Positions 45,322-56,971 of a stretch of 64,000 bases of DNA are shown in pieces. The notes beneath the pieces are model-generated. The model was given only the letters and a program-made list of their open reading frames with translations. It was not told the origin of the DNA and did no database searches. Source of the DNA: Pseudomonas phage HPP-Temi; sequence record PP968062.1, one strand, 5' to 3'. The first letter of the stretch is position 1, and every line of letters starts with the position of its first letter. The translations under genes were made by a program, and so were the position numbers.

Positions 45322-46695
45322 ATCTATACCGTCTTCTGTTACTTCGAAACGGTTAATGAAAACGCCCAGCGTTACAATACCGACGTGGCGATTGACTGTG
45401 GCCCCAGCGTCAGCACTCTTACGTTGTTCGTTTACACCTAATAACACACCGTGGTATGTTTTAACCTTGTTATCAGAGATCGTCTGAAATTTGACAGGCA
45501 TCCCAGGATACAGAAGATCCGGATTACCATAAGTCCATTCGAGTTTAATCTCTTGTCCCTGTTTCCTAGCCATATCGCTGTATTGCTTGAACGGGTTAGA
45601 AGTCAACCGATCCTTAGCCCAGCGTACATTATTGAAACCGGTATCCAGATCCTTCATCTTGACTTCAAATAAGTTAGTAGCCCGATCAACGAGCATCTTA
45701 TTATCTTTATCAATAGCAAAGTCCTGGAAAATTTTACGTGCATCACCAAAGCGGAACGAGTTACCGTTCTGAATCTGCTCTGCAAGGCCACTATCAAGCG
45801 AACTAGCGTCACCCGTGGCCAAGACAGTAATGTGTCGCATCGTGTTTCTAAACGTCTTTTCGGCGCCTTTATAGCGGTCGTTAGGAACGTTGATCAGGTT
45901 GAGTACTTTCGTATTCTTACCGTATCGAGTTGTATCGTAAAGAGGATAGAAATAGATGATCTGGTTCTGGATATATCGACCCATTCCAGTTGCATAGATT
46001 CCACCTTCTTTATCTTGAAGGAACCTGTGAACATCCTTCAGAGGCATCCCATCGGGAATGATAATTTGGTTACGTTCTTCTTGGCTATAACCATCGGCTA
46101 CATCCATAGCAATTAAACGTTGATCATCTGCCCCACCTACCAATTGACCAAACTGAGTCCAGATAGACTGCAAGGCATTCATGGTAGTTGTAATGCGATA
46201 CGTGGTACCGCAGGTAACCATCATCATTTTGTACGTCAGTTCATCTACTAACTGCATCTGAACTTTAATCATACCGATTTGGTTCATCGCCTCACGAGAT
46301 TTCAGGTTAGAGTGTTTACCGGATAGTGCCGGGTTATCATCACCACTAACAGAAATAAATCCACGATAACGCTTTGTAACAGCCTTACGTTCAACATCAC
46401 GTGTAGAGATAGTATCGAGCAGAGGAAGCTCGGACAAATCCACCTGTAGATTATCACGGTAAGGAACGATGTCATGAACGTAGTCACCATAACCGATCAG
46501 AAATTGCACTTCACGAAAATCACCTAACTGGCCACTCCCATAGTCCCTCTGTAAATACAGAAAATCGAGACGGATGGGAGTAATCCATTTTTTGTTAGCG
46601 AGGATCTTAATCTCATTACGGAAGTTAGCGTAGCTTTCGCCGATCTCAGTTACCTGCTCTACTTCACGCATTAATAGCGTGCTATCGACAGACAT
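45310..46695 (-). CDS. Hypothetical protein (461 aa), probable virion structural component
   Basis: Long ORF at the start of the late/structural gene block. Confidence 0.55.
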   Translation of the reverse strand: MSVDSTLLMREVEQVTEIGESYANFRNEIKILANKKWITPIRLDFLYLQRDYGSGQLGDFREVQFLIGYGDYVHDIVPYRDNLQVDLSELPLLDTISTRDVERKAVTKRYRGFISVSGDDNPALSGKHSNLKSREAMNQIGMIKVQMQLVDELTYKMMMVTCGTTYRITTTMNALQSIWTQFGQLVGGADDQRLIAMDVADGYSQEERNQIIIPDGMPLKDVHRFLQDKEGGIYATGMGRYIQNQIIYFYPLYDTTRYGKNTKVLNLINVPNDRYKGAEKTFRNTMRHITVLATGDASSLDSGLAEQIQNGNSFRFGDARKIFQDFAIDKDNKMLVDRATNLFEVKMKDLDTGFNNVRWAKDRLTSNPFKQYSDMARKQGQEIKLEWTYGNPDLLYPGMPVKFQTISDNKVKTYHGVLLGVNEQRKSADAGATVNRHVGIVTLGVFINRFEVTEDGIDPTP

Positions 46696-47267
46696 TATTC
46701 GGCCTCCACAACGTAACGCTCAATCTGATCAACGATAGATACGTAAGGTTTCAACTTACCATCAACTTCAGCACGACCTTGCAACCACTTGTTAGTAGAT
46801 GCCAGGTTCCGACGACGGTTCATTGCTACCAGAGAGTCAAAGATTTGACTACGTACGTCTTCACGCGGTTCCAGCTTCTTAGCCAGTTCGTATACCTCAA
46901 TTGCCAAAGCTTCGAATAAACGAAGATCTTCAATTGGAGGGAATCCATCTGGATGTGCATGGAATAGAGTTTGTTCACGCCAGTCACCCAGATGCTTCTG
47001 AATATCAGAATAGATCTGAGCGCAGTCTTTATAGTTAACCAGGCCAACCGTGTAACCTTCACCTAGTAACATTGCCATGCCAGCCGCAGTCTGTTGACCG
47101 CGGGACATGTGCATTGCCCGTTCCCGGTCGACTTGTTTGTCGCCAGTTACGTTGATGTGGTTATTACGGAGGTAGTTGGTACTATAAGCTGCAAGGTCTG
47201 GGACAACAACTTCATAGCGGAGATGGAACAAACGCCATGCCGCAGTGTATCGTTCACAGAGTTGCAT
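46695..47267 (-). CDS. Hypothetical protein (190 aa)
   Basis: ORF, 1-nt overlap with the downstream gene. Confidence 0.5.
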   Translation of the reverse strand: MQLCERYTAAWRLFHLRYEVVVPDLAAYSTNYLRNNHINVTGDKQVDRERAMHMSRGQQTAAGMAMLLGEGYTVGLVNYKDCAQIYSDIQKHLGDWREQTLFHAHPDGFPPIEDLRLFEALAIEVYELAKKLEPREDVRSQIFDSLVAMNRRRNLASTNKWLQGRAEVDGKLKPYVSIVDQIERYVVEAE

Positions 47268-47273
47268 TGGAGA

Positions 47274-48680
47274 TTACCTCGTTGCGTATTTAAGTAGAGC
47301 AATCAGGACAGGGTGATAATAGAAGCGTTCCAAGTTATCCCAAGAGAGGCAGCACTTAGTAACTTTCCTCAACTGGTTCATGTCCATCGGTTTGCGGTTG
47401 ATCATTTGCCAAGCTAGCATTTCCAACTTTGTTTGTAGCTTAGCGTCTTCGGTGTAGAATGCTTCGGTGAATACGTAGAAGTTATCACGTACTACTGGAG
47501 CGATATCAGCTGGTCGATCCCAAGCACTATCTTGTTTGATAGTGTTCGGGTCAGCACGCTTGAACCATTCAAGATCTCGTTCTTCCTGAGTCTTGTATGG
47601 CGTCTGTGGACGACGGGGTTGTCCTTCATGGAAAGGAATACCTTCCGGACGAGCACGGTCTTCACCATCGTACTGGGAGTCTACATCAGTAGGAGCATCC
47701 ATCGGGAATACGAAACGTGGGATACCGGTATAACCGATAGCTTGAAGTTCAGGACGCCAGCGAGAGATTCGTGTAGCTACAAGATGAGCGCGCTCAGTAG
47801 AACCACACAGACGTGTAGCGTCTTGCCGGAGAATAGCATCCCACACAGTAGGCTGTTTCATTACCGGTTCAGACATCACGTTCAGAAGCTTAACGTTCAT
47901 CATCCGACGGTCAGCTTTCATATCAACCATCATTATCATTGCTTTAGTAACGAAGTGGTCGTATGTCTTCATCAGCTGATCCGGTACAAGGAACGTACTG
48001 TGCTCAACAGAGAAGAAGTCACTGATATAACGACGGATGATTTCTTTACGGAGAGCAACGAAGTCTTTCTGATCTTGTTGTTCTTGTTCCGTAACGAAAG
48101 GACCGCAACCACTGGTCAGAGAACTGGCCGAGTAGTAATAGGTCAGAATGGTTTTGCGTTCAAGGTCAGCAATCTGTTGTTCAGTCAGTTTGCTAACCAT
48201 CTTCCATTCAATGGCGTAAGTCGAATCACGCAGGAAGGTTTCACGACGAGCAGCCGTGATAGTAAACAGACCCAGTACGCCGTCACCGATGTTACCGATG
48301 AACATGTCTCCGACGTTAGGTACTAGGAACGGATACGTGTGACCAGCACCAGTTACCGAGAACGTACGAATGCGTTCATCCTGAGAGATATCCAGAGACT
48401 GGTTTACTTTCAGGTCCATTCCTTTAATGCAGCGATACTGCTGATAAGGAGGCTGACGGTGCAGGGCTAGCGGAGTCGGTTCTTGAGTCGTGTCCAGAAC
48501 CTGAGAGAAGTACGTGACGTTCCAGTTAGAGCCGTTGATCCATGCAAGCATAGAACTCTTCGGTACGAACTTGGTGTCAATGGCAATACCCCTATAAACA
48601 TCGGGACGTGCTTTAACTTCGATCGGGTTAACTTCTGGACTCTGAGGAGCGACTTCTTCCTCGTCTACAAAAAGAGACAT
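47274..48680 (-). CDS. Hypothetical protein (468 aa), probable structural
   Basis: Long ORF. Confidence 0.55.
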   Translation of the reverse strand: MSLFVDEEEVAPQSPEVNPIEVKARPDVYRGIAIDTKFVPKSSMLAWINGSNWNVTYFSQVLDTTQEPTPLALHRQPPYQQYRCIKGMDLKVNQSLDISQDERIRTFSVTGAGHTYPFLVPNVGDMFIGNIGDGVLGLFTITAARRETFLRDSTYAIEWKMVSKLTEQQIADLERKTILTYYYSASSLTSGCGPFVTEQEQQDQKDFVALRKEIIRRYISDFFSVEHSTFLVPDQLMKTYDHFVTKAMIMMVDMKADRRMMNVKLLNVMSEPVMKQPTVWDAILRQDATRLCGSTERAHLVATRISRWRPELQAIGYTGIPRFVFPMDAPTDVDSQYDGEDRARPEGIPFHEGQPRRPQTPYKTQEERDLEWFKRADPNTIKQDSAWDRPADIAPVVRDNFYVFTEAFYTEDAKLQTKLEMLAWQMINRKPMDMNQLRKVTKCCLSWDNLERFYYHPVLIALLKYATR

Positions 48681-48682
48681 CG

Positions 48683-50368
48683 TTAACTCCTAATGTCGGA
48701 AATGATGTGTGCAAACAATACGTTCAATGGACCGACTTTATGTTGATCTATATAACCACCACCTGGTCCAACTTCTGCAATGATCTTGTCTTGCTCTTCA
48801 CGAGCTTTAGCAATATCACCCCATTTCACGATACCACGTTTAAACGTATTAGGTAATTCAGACGTGATAGGTGTAGTACCTTCACCTGGAGCTTCTGGGT
48901 TTTCTGGACGAGGGCCACTTAGGCCCAGTAGTTTCATCTTCTCGATCGGGTTACGACCAATACTAACACGGAACAACCGGAACAGACTCCAACAAGTAGT
49001 TGGATAACGGCGAATCATCTCCCAGTACTTATCATGGATACCATAGAAGTTCTTAGAGAGACTGATTTGGATGTGGTAATACTTCAGCGGATCTAATGGG
49101 AATGTTGTTCTCAGAAGAGTAGTTCCAGGATCAATCGTCATCGGTACACGTAACCGTTCGTTATTTTGGTACAGACGGATTTCAAAGAAAGAACCATCTG
49201 CAATTGCAGCTGTTCCTAATGTCTTAATAAACTCAAGCCAATACGGGTTGAATGTAAACCGACCTAGGTTCTTGAAGTCCATCAGAGATGTCAGGTCATC
49301 CTTACTCAAACACAGCAGTCCGTTAAAGAACGTGAAGCGGTGAATAGGAATCTGATCGGTATGCCAATCATCGACATCTGGATGTTGAATGTAGGGCAGC
49401 CCCATGTCACGCATCAGAAGGAACTGATGGTCAAGGGTACCACGCAGAGAAGTTGTCTTACGATCAACAGCCTGATAGTTCTGATAACGATATTCAGGAC
49501 GGAAGATCTTCGGGATCACACACTGGTTCATCAGCATCGGGTAAGATACCCGCATGTGAGTTGGCCGCTCGTAACGACAGAGATAACTGAAGTTAACAGT
49601 GTAGCCACCAGCATTGTCAGAAGACTTCTGTGGAGTATCAGGAGACGAACTGAAATCGAACCAACCTACCACGTCAACTTGTCGTTCGTAGATAGTCAGC
49701 GTCGGATGGGTATCGATAAGAGTAGCCATCTCAGTCTGCGGTTGGCACCAATGAGCTTCCATCCATTCTTGGAAGGATTGATCACTTGGCCAATTAGACT
49801 TCTGCATCGTATCGTACAGACCTTTCATAAGGCCCAGTAGAGACGGAGGAACGTTGTAGTGATAAGTCAACGACATAGTCATCTCAGCACCACCAGCAGA
49901 ACAACGAATACGTTGATCGTCTAACCAGCGTTGAGCCAGTACTACGTTAGGTGCCTGATACTCGATGTCAATCCTGAAATCAACAAAGCGTCGAATAGGA
50001 CGAATTGTAATATCGTGAGTCTCGTCTACAAATAGAGGGAAGTTCTCGTTATTGTAAACAGAGGTGGAAAGAGTAAAGTTCTCTTCCGCTATTTCTTCAT
50101 AGGACACTACAATCCTTTCTTCTGGATCGAAGTGTACTGCGTCAGCTGCATCACAGCAGTTACCGAACATACCGTCGTTCATTGGAACTGTATCGATACG
50201 ACCTGGGAGTAGAACTCTGGTTGCACCGGGTAACTGCATCATGGTAGCAATCTGTCGAACAGCATCAACAGACACCTTCCGCATTACGGTTTCGTATACG
50301 TCTGGCAAGGGGATAGTTGCATGGGGCATGGTAACCACCTCATGGTTTAAGATCATAAGATCCGGCAT
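48683..50368 (-). CDS. Hypothetical protein (561 aa), probable structural
   Basis: Long ORF. Preceded by hairpin 50372-50393 (CATAAAGCCCTGCC tttttg GGCAGGGC GATATG). Confidence 0.55.
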   Translation of the reverse strand: MPDLMILNHEVVTMPHATIPLPDVYETVMRKVSVDAVRQIATMMQLPGATRVLLPGRIDTVPMNDGMFGNCCDAADAVHFDPEERIVVSYEEIAEENFTLSTSVYNNENFPLFVDETHDITIRPIRRFVDFRIDIEYQAPNVVLAQRWLDDQRIRCSAGGAEMTMSLTYHYNVPPSLLGLMKGLYDTMQKSNWPSDQSFQEWMEAHWCQPQTEMATLIDTHPTLTIYERQVDVVGWFDFSSSPDTPQKSSDNAGGYTVNFSYLCRYERPTHMRVSYPMLMNQCVIPKIFRPEYRYQNYQAVDRKTTSLRGTLDHQFLLMRDMGLPYIQHPDVDDWHTDQIPIHRFTFFNGLLCLSKDDLTSLMDFKNLGRFTFNPYWLEFIKTLGTAAIADGSFFEIRLYQNNERLRVPMTIDPGTTLLRTTFPLDPLKYYHIQISLSKNFYGIHDKYWEMIRRYPTTCWSLFRLFRVSIGRNPIEKMKLLGLSGPRPENPEAPGEGTTPITSELPNTFKRGIVKWGDIAKAREEQDKIIAEVGPGGGYIDQHKVGPLNVLFAHIISDIRS

Positions 50369-50406
50369 AAAGCCCTGCCTTTTTGGGCAGGGCGATATGT
50401 TGTTAC

Positions 50407-52983
50407 TTACAGAGCTTTGCGAACAGCGCCAACGATACCATCAGCCATGTCGAGTGCGTGTTGAGTTGTGAACTTGTACGCATCAACGTGAGCGTGGGAT
50501 ACCTTCAGCATTGCAGAAGCCAGATCGTCGAGATCAGCTTGCTCGTTCCAACCCGATGCACGAGAAGTAGTATCGAATTCACTGGAACCCGTACTCAGAG
50601 CACGGTTACGAGTAACATCAAGATTAATGATGTCATCGATCGCTTTGGAACCAACCGAGTCAGCGAGTTTATCAGCCAGAGCAACGTAAGCCTTAGCCAT
50701 CTTCAGCATGTTAGCCAGATCAGCTTTTGTTACATCGAAGGAAGTAACACGATCAGCTACTTTGACTTTCTTGAACACAGGAACAAGAGTGTAGCCAATA
50801 GCTTCGATACCACTGTCACGACCACGTGCACCTTTCTCGTACTCAATAGCCCAACCACCCATGAGGGCGTTAGCCATGTTTTCCGGATACTTGGCAGGTT
50901 TGATGTTCAGAGCAGTCTTAACCAGCGGACCAGTCTTCTCGTAACCACCTTCGGTAACAGCCTTGTTGATTACACCTACTACTTCTTGCAGAGCACGTTC
51001 AGAGTCTTTGATACCCTTAACAGCGATCTCGGAAGTAACACGCAGGTCTTTAGCAACAGCCTGTACCAGGTTACCATCTTTGGTAGCCAGATCAGCGGAG
51101 ATACCTTTAATGGTTTCACGACCGATGTTGGATTGACTGAGTTTGGTCAGGGCCAGGTCTACATCTTTGTTAAGAGCGTTCGCACGTTTCTTAACTTTAG
51201 TGACCAGAGGACCTTCCCACCATTTGATCAACTTCTCGTTCAGAGCACGCTTCAGGCCAGTAATACGACTAAGGAAACCACGGAAGGATTCCAGCGAGGC
51301 ATTGTAGTACTTGTCGAGATCGTCTTTACCATAGTTTTCCATGGAAGGAATGGCAGGAGCTGCATTACCGAATGCCTTAGCGAGTTCATCCAGTTTAGAC
51401 TGAGTCAGAACCAAAGTCTGAACACTGTAGCTTTCGTTAGACAGACCATACTTCAGGATCTCCATGAAGCCTTCAACAGACTCTTTCTCTCTCTGAAGAT
51501 CTTCGATGGTACGAGAAGCATCAACGGCTTCTTCTTCATCAGCGTTAGCATCTTCTTCAGCTTCGTCTGCTTCTTTTGTGGCTTCGGCTACATCGTCCTC
51601 AGTGACATCAGTGTCAACGTCTTCGATATCCAGTTCACCTTCGTCAAAGTCAGCTTCGCCATCTGCGTCGATTTCTCCATCGGGAGCGTCTTCTTCGATT
51701 TCTTGGAGGACGGGCTCTTCTTCGGTGGATTCACTCTCAGACTCATTTGGAGTCTCATCGGTAGACTCGGGTTCTTCAGCTGGTGCATCTTCAACCTCCG
51801 TCTCAGTTTCGGCAGGAGTCTCTTCTTCGATAACAGGTTCGTCCGCAGGTGTCTCTTCGACTTCTTCAGTCTCAGTAGCACTGGGTTCTTCCAGTTCAAC
51901 CGGCGGTTCTTCCGCAGTAGACTCCTCAACAGGAGTTTCGCTTTCTTCTACAACGGGCTCTTCGAGTTCAGCTTCAGTCTCTGGGACTTGTTCTTCAACC
52001 GGAGTTTCCTCAGCAGGAATATCGGTGCCAGTATCTTCCGCAACTTCCTCAGTGGTCTCTTCAGTCTCAACTACGTCGGCAGCAACTTCTTCCTCGGTAG
52101 TTTCCGCAATTGATTCCTCTACCTGAGGTTCAGATACTTCGCCAGCTTCTTCTTCCAGTTCAGGAGTAGATACACCGTCTACGGGAGCATTAGCGTCGTC
52201 AGTAGCCTCGGGTTCCAGTTCCGGCATTTCTTCCTCTTCGCCACCTAGAGTCTCACCACCTTCAACAGCAGCAGGTTCTTCATTGGTAGCTTCAGGAGCA
52301 GCGTCACCAACATCGCCTACTTCAGACAGATCTGCCGAGGAGGTTTCATCGGTAGCTTCAACCGGAGCCTCAGGAGCTTCACCTATAGTTTCAGCTTCAG
52401 CGGTTTCACCAGCGTCATCAACTGTAGTTTCAGTATTCAAGGATTCGATGTCACCAGTCTGTTCGGAAGCACCGGTTTCACCGGAGTTCTCGATATCAAC
52501 ACCGGAATCACCTTGTTCGTCAGTAGCCGGAGTATTACCGTTTACATCGACATCACCGGACTCGATAGCTTGGGCATCGGAAGCAGCTGCATCAACAGTT
52601 TCTTGTTGAGTGGCTTGGATCTGCTCAGCTTGTTCGGTGAGTTGCTGTACTTCAGCAGCCTGAGCTTGTTCAGCTTGGCTAGCCGCAGCTTCAGCAGCGG
52701 TTTCGTTAGTAGTAGCCATCGGTTCAGGAATGCCAGTAGACTCATCGTTGGTCTCGCCAACGACAGGTTCTTCTACTACTTCCAGATCGCCATCAGGTTT
52801 TACTTCTTCGGTAGGGGTAGCTTGAGCCAGTTCATCACCAGCTTCAACCACATCATTTTCCGGAGTTGCAGATGCTTCTACGTTAGTAGCATCTACAGTT
52901 TCAACAGTCTCGGGCTTGTCTTCGGTGGAGCTCTCATCGAAGTCTTCGAGACTGGTGATATATTTGTGGATGTTCTTCAACAT
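50407..52983 (-). CDS. Inner-body-like head protein, paralog family member with about 450-aa hyper-acidic E/T/A/P-rich disordered region (858 aa)
   Basis: N-terminus MLKNIHKYITSLEDF, shared with 54249..55676. Conserved core LEAY-like region (FMEILKYGLSNESYSVQ...) aligned with four neighbouring paralogs. Long acidic low-complexity N-terminal half. The + strand ORFs 50383..52113 and 51506..52126 are antisense artifacts. Confidence 0.6.
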   Translation of the reverse strand: MLKNIHKYITSLEDFDESSTEDKPETVETVDATNVEASATPENDVVEAGDELAQATPTEEVKPDGDLEVVEEPVVGETNDESTGIPEPMATTNETAAEAAASQAEQAQAAEVQQLTEQAEQIQATQQETVDAAASDAQAIESGDVDVNGNTPATDEQGDSGVDIENSGETGASEQTGDIESLNTETTVDDAGETAEAETIGEAPEAPVEATDETSSADLSEVGDVGDAAPEATNEEPAAVEGGETLGGEEEEMPELEPEATDDANAPVDGVSTPELEEEAGEVSEPQVEESIAETTEEEVAADVVETEETTEEVAEDTGTDIPAEETPVEEQVPETEAELEEPVVEESETPVEESTAEEPPVELEEPSATETEEVEETPADEPVIEEETPAETETEVEDAPAEEPESTDETPNESESESTEEEPVLQEIEEDAPDGEIDADGEADFDEGELDIEDVDTDVTEDDVAEATKEADEAEEDANADEEEAVDASRTIEDLQREKESVEGFMEILKYGLSNESYSVQTLVLTQSKLDELAKAFGNAAPAIPSMENYGKDDLDKYYNASLESFRGFLSRITGLKRALNEKLIKWWEGPLVTKVKKRANALNKDVDLALTKLSQSNIGRETIKGISADLATKDGNLVQAVAKDLRVTSEIAVKGIKDSERALQEVVGVINKAVTEGGYEKTGPLVKTALNIKPAKYPENMANALMGGWAIEYEKGARGRDSGIEAIGYTLVPVFKKVKVADRVTSFDVTKADLANMLKMAKAYVALADKLADSVGSKAIDDIINLDVTRNRALSTGSSEFDTTSRASGWNEQADLDDLASAMLKVSHAHVDAYKFTTQHALDMADGIVGAVRKAL

Positions 52984-53078
52984 GTTGTTTACCTTTCTGT
53001 ACAGAATACGAGTAGCGCTGTTCGTCCTAAACGCTACTCATGGACGAAACACTGTTTCAGATTATTGAACGCCATGGC

Positions 53079-54200
53079 TTACTTAATGTTGGCACTGCAT
53101 ACATTAAGAGTAGCGTTAAGATTACGCCCGGCAAGAGCCAAGACACCCAAATAAGGATTAGCAAGCCAATCAATGTAGCGCTCAAGCACTTCAACAAACT
53201 GACGTAGAACTGTTTCATCTACTCCCTCGATTTGGTCATTGGCAACCTGATTACGGATTCCTTTAACAATTGCAAGCATTGCACGGATCCGTTCCTTACG
53301 ACGATGACGAATGTTCATGCCACTAGCACGTCCAAACATTTCAGCCATCTTCTCTACTTGGCGCAATACAGAGATCTGTACAGGACCGCCAAAATGTTGG
53401 AACTTGATCACACTAGGAATCGGAAGCGGGTCACGCTCGGAGTTATCTAGCTTAACGCTGATACCCATCATTCGTTCGTAACCAGTAGCCTCTGGTGCCT
53501 TATCAAGGACGACCATTTGGTAATTACCCATTAGGTGTAGAGACTCATGGCGGTAACCGCGATGGTTGTACAGCGGATTGGATGCAACCATCTTAACAGG
53601 GTTATTCAACATGATGGTTTCAATGAGCTTCTTCAGTTCCTCAGTCGACTTGATAGTGGTAGGGATATGGAATGCAGCTCGAATGAGTTCTTCGTTGTTA
53701 TAGTCAAAGAACTGTTTACCGATTTGTTCTAGGTTCTTTAGGTTTGCAATTAAAGCCTGAACTTCGTTAATAGCCTTATACCGAACACACAGGTTCTGGA
53801 TACGTGTAGCTACTTCGAAGGTAGGTTCCTTAGAACGACGTGCAGTAGTACGAGTGAGCGTACTTAGTTCTTCTACACGGAGAAGGATCTTATCGAAGGC
53901 AAGAGACAATGCAAGACTACCATCAAACATGTCTTCCATGATTCGAGTAAGGAAAGCAATGATCTTATCCAGAATACCGACTACGGTACCTTTAAAGTCT
54001 TCACAACCTAGATCCAGTAGATGAGCTTCTCTTTGGAAAACGGGATAGTTCTCAAATCCACCAATGAGATCGAGAATCCGATTAGCAGTTGCTTCATCTT
54101 TTTCCAGTAGTGCACTAAGAGCCGCAGGAGAATCATCGAATACTACGGTTTCCTCTTGCGGTGGGATTTCCACTTCGAGAGGGATAGTTTGTGTTTCCAT
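53079..54200 (-). CDS. Hypothetical protein (373 aa), head-module
   Basis: Long ORF between paralog-family genes. Confidence 0.5.
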   Translation of the reverse strand: METQTIPLEVEIPPQEETVVFDDSPAALSALLEKDEATANRILDLIGGFENYPVFQREAHLLDLGCEDFKGTVVGILDKIIAFLTRIMEDMFDGSLALSLAFDKILLRVEELSTLTRTTARRSKEPTFEVATRIQNLCVRYKAINEVQALIANLKNLEQIGKQFFDYNNEELIRAAFHIPTTIKSTEELKKLIETIMLNNPVKMVASNPLYNHRGYRHESLHLMGNYQMVVLDKAPEATGYERMMGISVKLDNSERDPLPIPSVIKFQHFGGPVQISVLRQVEKMAEMFGRASGMNIRHRRKERIRAMLAIVKGIRNQVANDQIEGVDETVLRQFVEVLERYIDWLANPYLGVLALAGRNLNATLNVCSANIK

Positions 54201-54248
54201 ATTAACTCCTGAACATAAGACGGGACTCCGAAGAGCCCCGTCGATGTC

Positions 54249-55676
54249 TTAGTCTTTTGCCGGCGCTTTATGCATGGCGACTTCTTGCATGTAGACAGAA
54301 GCGTAGGCTGCAACAGTGCGGGTAACGTACCGAATGATTTCACGAGAACGCGGGTTGGATTCGCGAATCATTTCCAGAGCGGTTTGAGTTACTTTGCGAG
54401 CAGCTGCTTTAGAAGCTTCGTCCAGATCAGCGGAGGTCAGTTGACCTTCGATCTTCTCAACGGCTTTCTTAATAGCTTCGGCACCTTCTTTGATCTTACC
54501 GTGTTCGTCACGAGCCTTCTTCAGGATCTCGATAACGTTACGCAGATTCTTGGTGTTCTTACGCAGAGTGCTCGGATCAGATACCTTCACTTCGAATTCA
54601 GCTGGAGCTTCTTTCGCAGAAGCAGCTGGACCGATACCGTAGACGATACCATCAGCATGCAGTTCTACACGCATATTGCCAGGGAACACATCGTGGTTAG
54701 CACCATAGATATCATCCAGCGGAGCGATAGCGTGACGGAGTTTATCCGACATTTCATCGCCATCACCTTTGACAACACTGTAGCTGTTCAGCAGCTTAGC
54801 CAGGTTCTCGTAATACTTCTTAACTGCGCTCGGATAAACGTAAGCAGAGAAGTGAGCCAGACCCGAGAGAGCTTTGGTATCGTTCAGTTTGGATTTACCG
54901 TTAGCAAACACAGGACCCGGATTACTCAGGATAAAGGTCTTACCGGTACCACTCCAAACATTACCACCCGCTTCAAGAGCTTCTTCTACTTTAGCAACAG
55001 CGTTATCTGCTTTGGTGATACCAGTCATCAGATTCTCAACGCCATCAAGGATAGCGGTAACAATCTTAGCGATGATCTCTTTCAGTTTCTCGAACGCCTT
55101 GTTAGCGTACTCTTTGATATCTTCAACAGAGATCTCAGCACGCAGGATAGCAGAACGATCACCGGCATCATACGATTCGAGACCAGTGGAAATTTTATTG
55201 GTACCCAGGACACGTTCAACTTGTTTGATACCTACACGGAGGAAGGCAGCAGTTTGTTGAGAGATATCACCACGAGCTTGACGCAGGAGACCAGTATAAG
55301 CTTCCAGAGCGTGTTGTGTTTCGATCAGTTCGTCAGCACGTTGTTCCAAGATCTCTTTCTCAACATGAGCATGAGAAACAGCATCGAGAACGCCAGCGGC
55401 TTCAGTTACATCGATAGGACCTTCAACCGGAACGATCTCGACAGGGACTTCAGTCGGAACAGGTTCAACAACATCTGCACCTACGGCACCGATTTCAGGA
55501 ACCGGAGTAGGAACAGGGAGTTCTTCAGGAACAGTGGTACCAACCACCGGAGTCTCTACGACTTCAACGGGTTGGGTTTCGATAGGAGCTTCTGCAACGG
55601 CAGCAACTTCTGGAGTAACCGGAGCTTCTTGGAACTCTTCCAGGCTACTGGTATACTTATGGATGGATCGTAGCAT
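54249..55676 (-). CDS. Inner-body-like head protein, paralog family member (475 aa)
   Basis: N-terminus MLRSIHKYTSSLEEF. Core ALEAYTGLLRQARGDISQQTAAFLRVGIKQVERVLG...TGLESYD, aligned with the paralogs. Confidence 0.6.
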   Translation of the reverse strand: MLRSIHKYTSSLEEFQEAPVTPEVAAVAEAPIETQPVEVVETPVVGTTVPEELPVPTPVPEIGAVGADVVEPVPTEVPVEIVPVEGPIDVTEAAGVLDAVSHAHVEKEILEQRADELIETQHALEAYTGLLRQARGDISQQTAAFLRVGIKQVERVLGTNKISTGLESYDAGDRSAILRAEISVEDIKEYANKAFEKLKEIIAKIVTAILDGVENLMTGITKADNAVAKVEEALEAGGNVWSGTGKTFILSNPGPVFANGKSKLNDTKALSGLAHFSAYVYPSAVKKYYENLAKLLNSYSVVKGDGDEMSDKLRHAIAPLDDIYGANHDVFPGNMRVELHADGIVYGIGPAASAKEAPAEFEVKVSDPSTLRKNTKNLRNVIEILKKARDEHGKIKEGAEAIKKAVEKIEGQLTSADLDEASKAAARKVTQTALEMIRESNPRSREIIRYVTRTVAAYASVYMQEVAMHKAPAKD

Positions 55677-55736
55677 TACATTTTCCTCAGAGGAGAATCA
55701 TCGCGCGATGATGATTGTTGATAACCATAGAATTGG

Positions 55737-56897
55737 TTAAGATGCGGCACTGAGCTCCATCTCACAGACCTTGTTACGGATGTCTGTAATCGAGTTGATG
55801 CGTGCAACAATAGGACCGTAGCTAGGACGGAGTTTAGGGATGAAGTCCATCACGATGCTGGATACCTGATCCAGAGCTTCACGAGACTTCTTCCAAACGG
55901 TTTCCCCACGGCGATCTTCAAGCTTGATAAGATCCTGAGTCAGACACTTCATCTGGTCATAAATCTTAGCCTCTTCCTTAAACAGCTCACCCAGATTGTT
56001 AGTAACCTGCAAGTTGTGTTTAAGAGTGCGTTCAATTTCAAGACGGCTACGTACGTGATGTTCGTACTCATGTGGACCTTCAGTCATCTCATCGTCATGT
56101 ATAACGTAAGGACCTAGGGAGTCATGGCGGAAACGAATCAGGTAGTTACCAGGAAGGACAATGTCTTTCATGGGGTAGACGATACTGGTATGCTTACCAA
56201 TGAACTCTGAGTTTGCTTCAAAGGTCGTAATGTCACCAGTTTCTACATCATAGCTCTTGAGCGATTTGCATAGGCGATTGATGTTATCAATGACGTACTT
56301 CGGATACGTTTGCACGAAGAACTTCATTACAGCGGTTTCAGCTTTGAAATCGTCCAGGCAGAACTCAGAGCCTGCAAAAAGTTTTGTTGCTCCACTGATA
56401 GTGATCGTAGTGTCACCATTGTGGAATTCCATGCTCGTCTTCCGAGAAGGAGATTGACGAGTCAGTTTCAAGAGTTCTTCTGTTTTCTTTTCAGTACGAG
56501 TAAGACCGCTCGTTACTCGTTGAGCAAGTTGCTTAGCTTCTTCGATGATCTTTTCGATCAACTCAAGAATCTTCTTACCGATTTCTTTTAACTTATCAAC
56601 AAGAGACTCTTGCGATACAGTCGGATCAGTTAACAGGGCTTCAAGCGATACACGTTCTTTCTTACCCAGTACGTGATCAATGTGTTCAAGGCCAACAGCC
56701 ATGAACTTACGGGTTTGTAAACTAAGACCATCTCGACCAGCATCAGTCAGTTGGTCGAGATAGTTTTCAACAGCAATGTGCGCTTCAAACAGTTCTCGGA
56801 ATTCATGTTCGTGATCATTGATGATCATGTCAGGATATTCTTCTTGGGGACTGTCTTTCAACTGAGGGCGGTTAGCCGGGTTTTGACGGGTGTCCAT
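55737..56897 (-). CDS. Inner-body-like head protein, paralog family member (386 aa)
   Basis: Core AVENYLDQLTDAGRDGLSLQTRKFMAVGLEHIDHVLG...SLEAL, aligned with the paralogs. Confidence 0.55.
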   Translation of the reverse strand: MDTRQNPANRPQLKDSPQEEYPDMIINDHEHEFRELFEAHIAVENYLDQLTDAGRDGLSLQTRKFMAVGLEHIDHVLGKKERVSLEALLTDPTVSQESLVDKLKEIGKKILELIEKIIEEAKQLAQRVTSGLTRTEKKTEELLKLTRQSPSRKTSMEFHNGDTTITISGATKLFAGSEFCLDDFKAETAVMKFFVQTYPKYVIDNINRLCKSLKSYDVETGDITTFEANSEFIGKHTSIVYPMKDIVLPGNYLIRFRHDSLGPYVIHDDEMTEGPHEYEHHVRSRLEIERTLKHNLQVTNNLGELFKEEAKIYDQMKCLTQDLIKLEDRRGETVWKKSREALDQVSSIVMDFIPKLRPSYGPIVARINSITDIRNKVCEMELSAAS

Positions 56898-56940
56898 TGT
56901 ACGGTCTCATTGAGTTAAACATAGAATTTGGCAAGACAGT

Positions 56941-56971
56941 CATAAAGCCCTCCTTCGGGAGGGCTTTTATG
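56941..56971. terminator. Extended palindromic hairpin CATAAAGCCCTCC ttcg GGAGGGCTTTTATG
   Basis: 13-bp arm palindrome between paralog genes. Confidence 0.6.

Noticed and set aside
50383-52126. Plus-strand 576-aa and 206-aa Ser-rich ORFs
   Set aside because: Reverse-complement shadows of the long GAA/GAG-rich acidic repeat region of the 858-aa minus-strand gene (poly-Ser/Phe is the antisense reading of poly-Glu codons).
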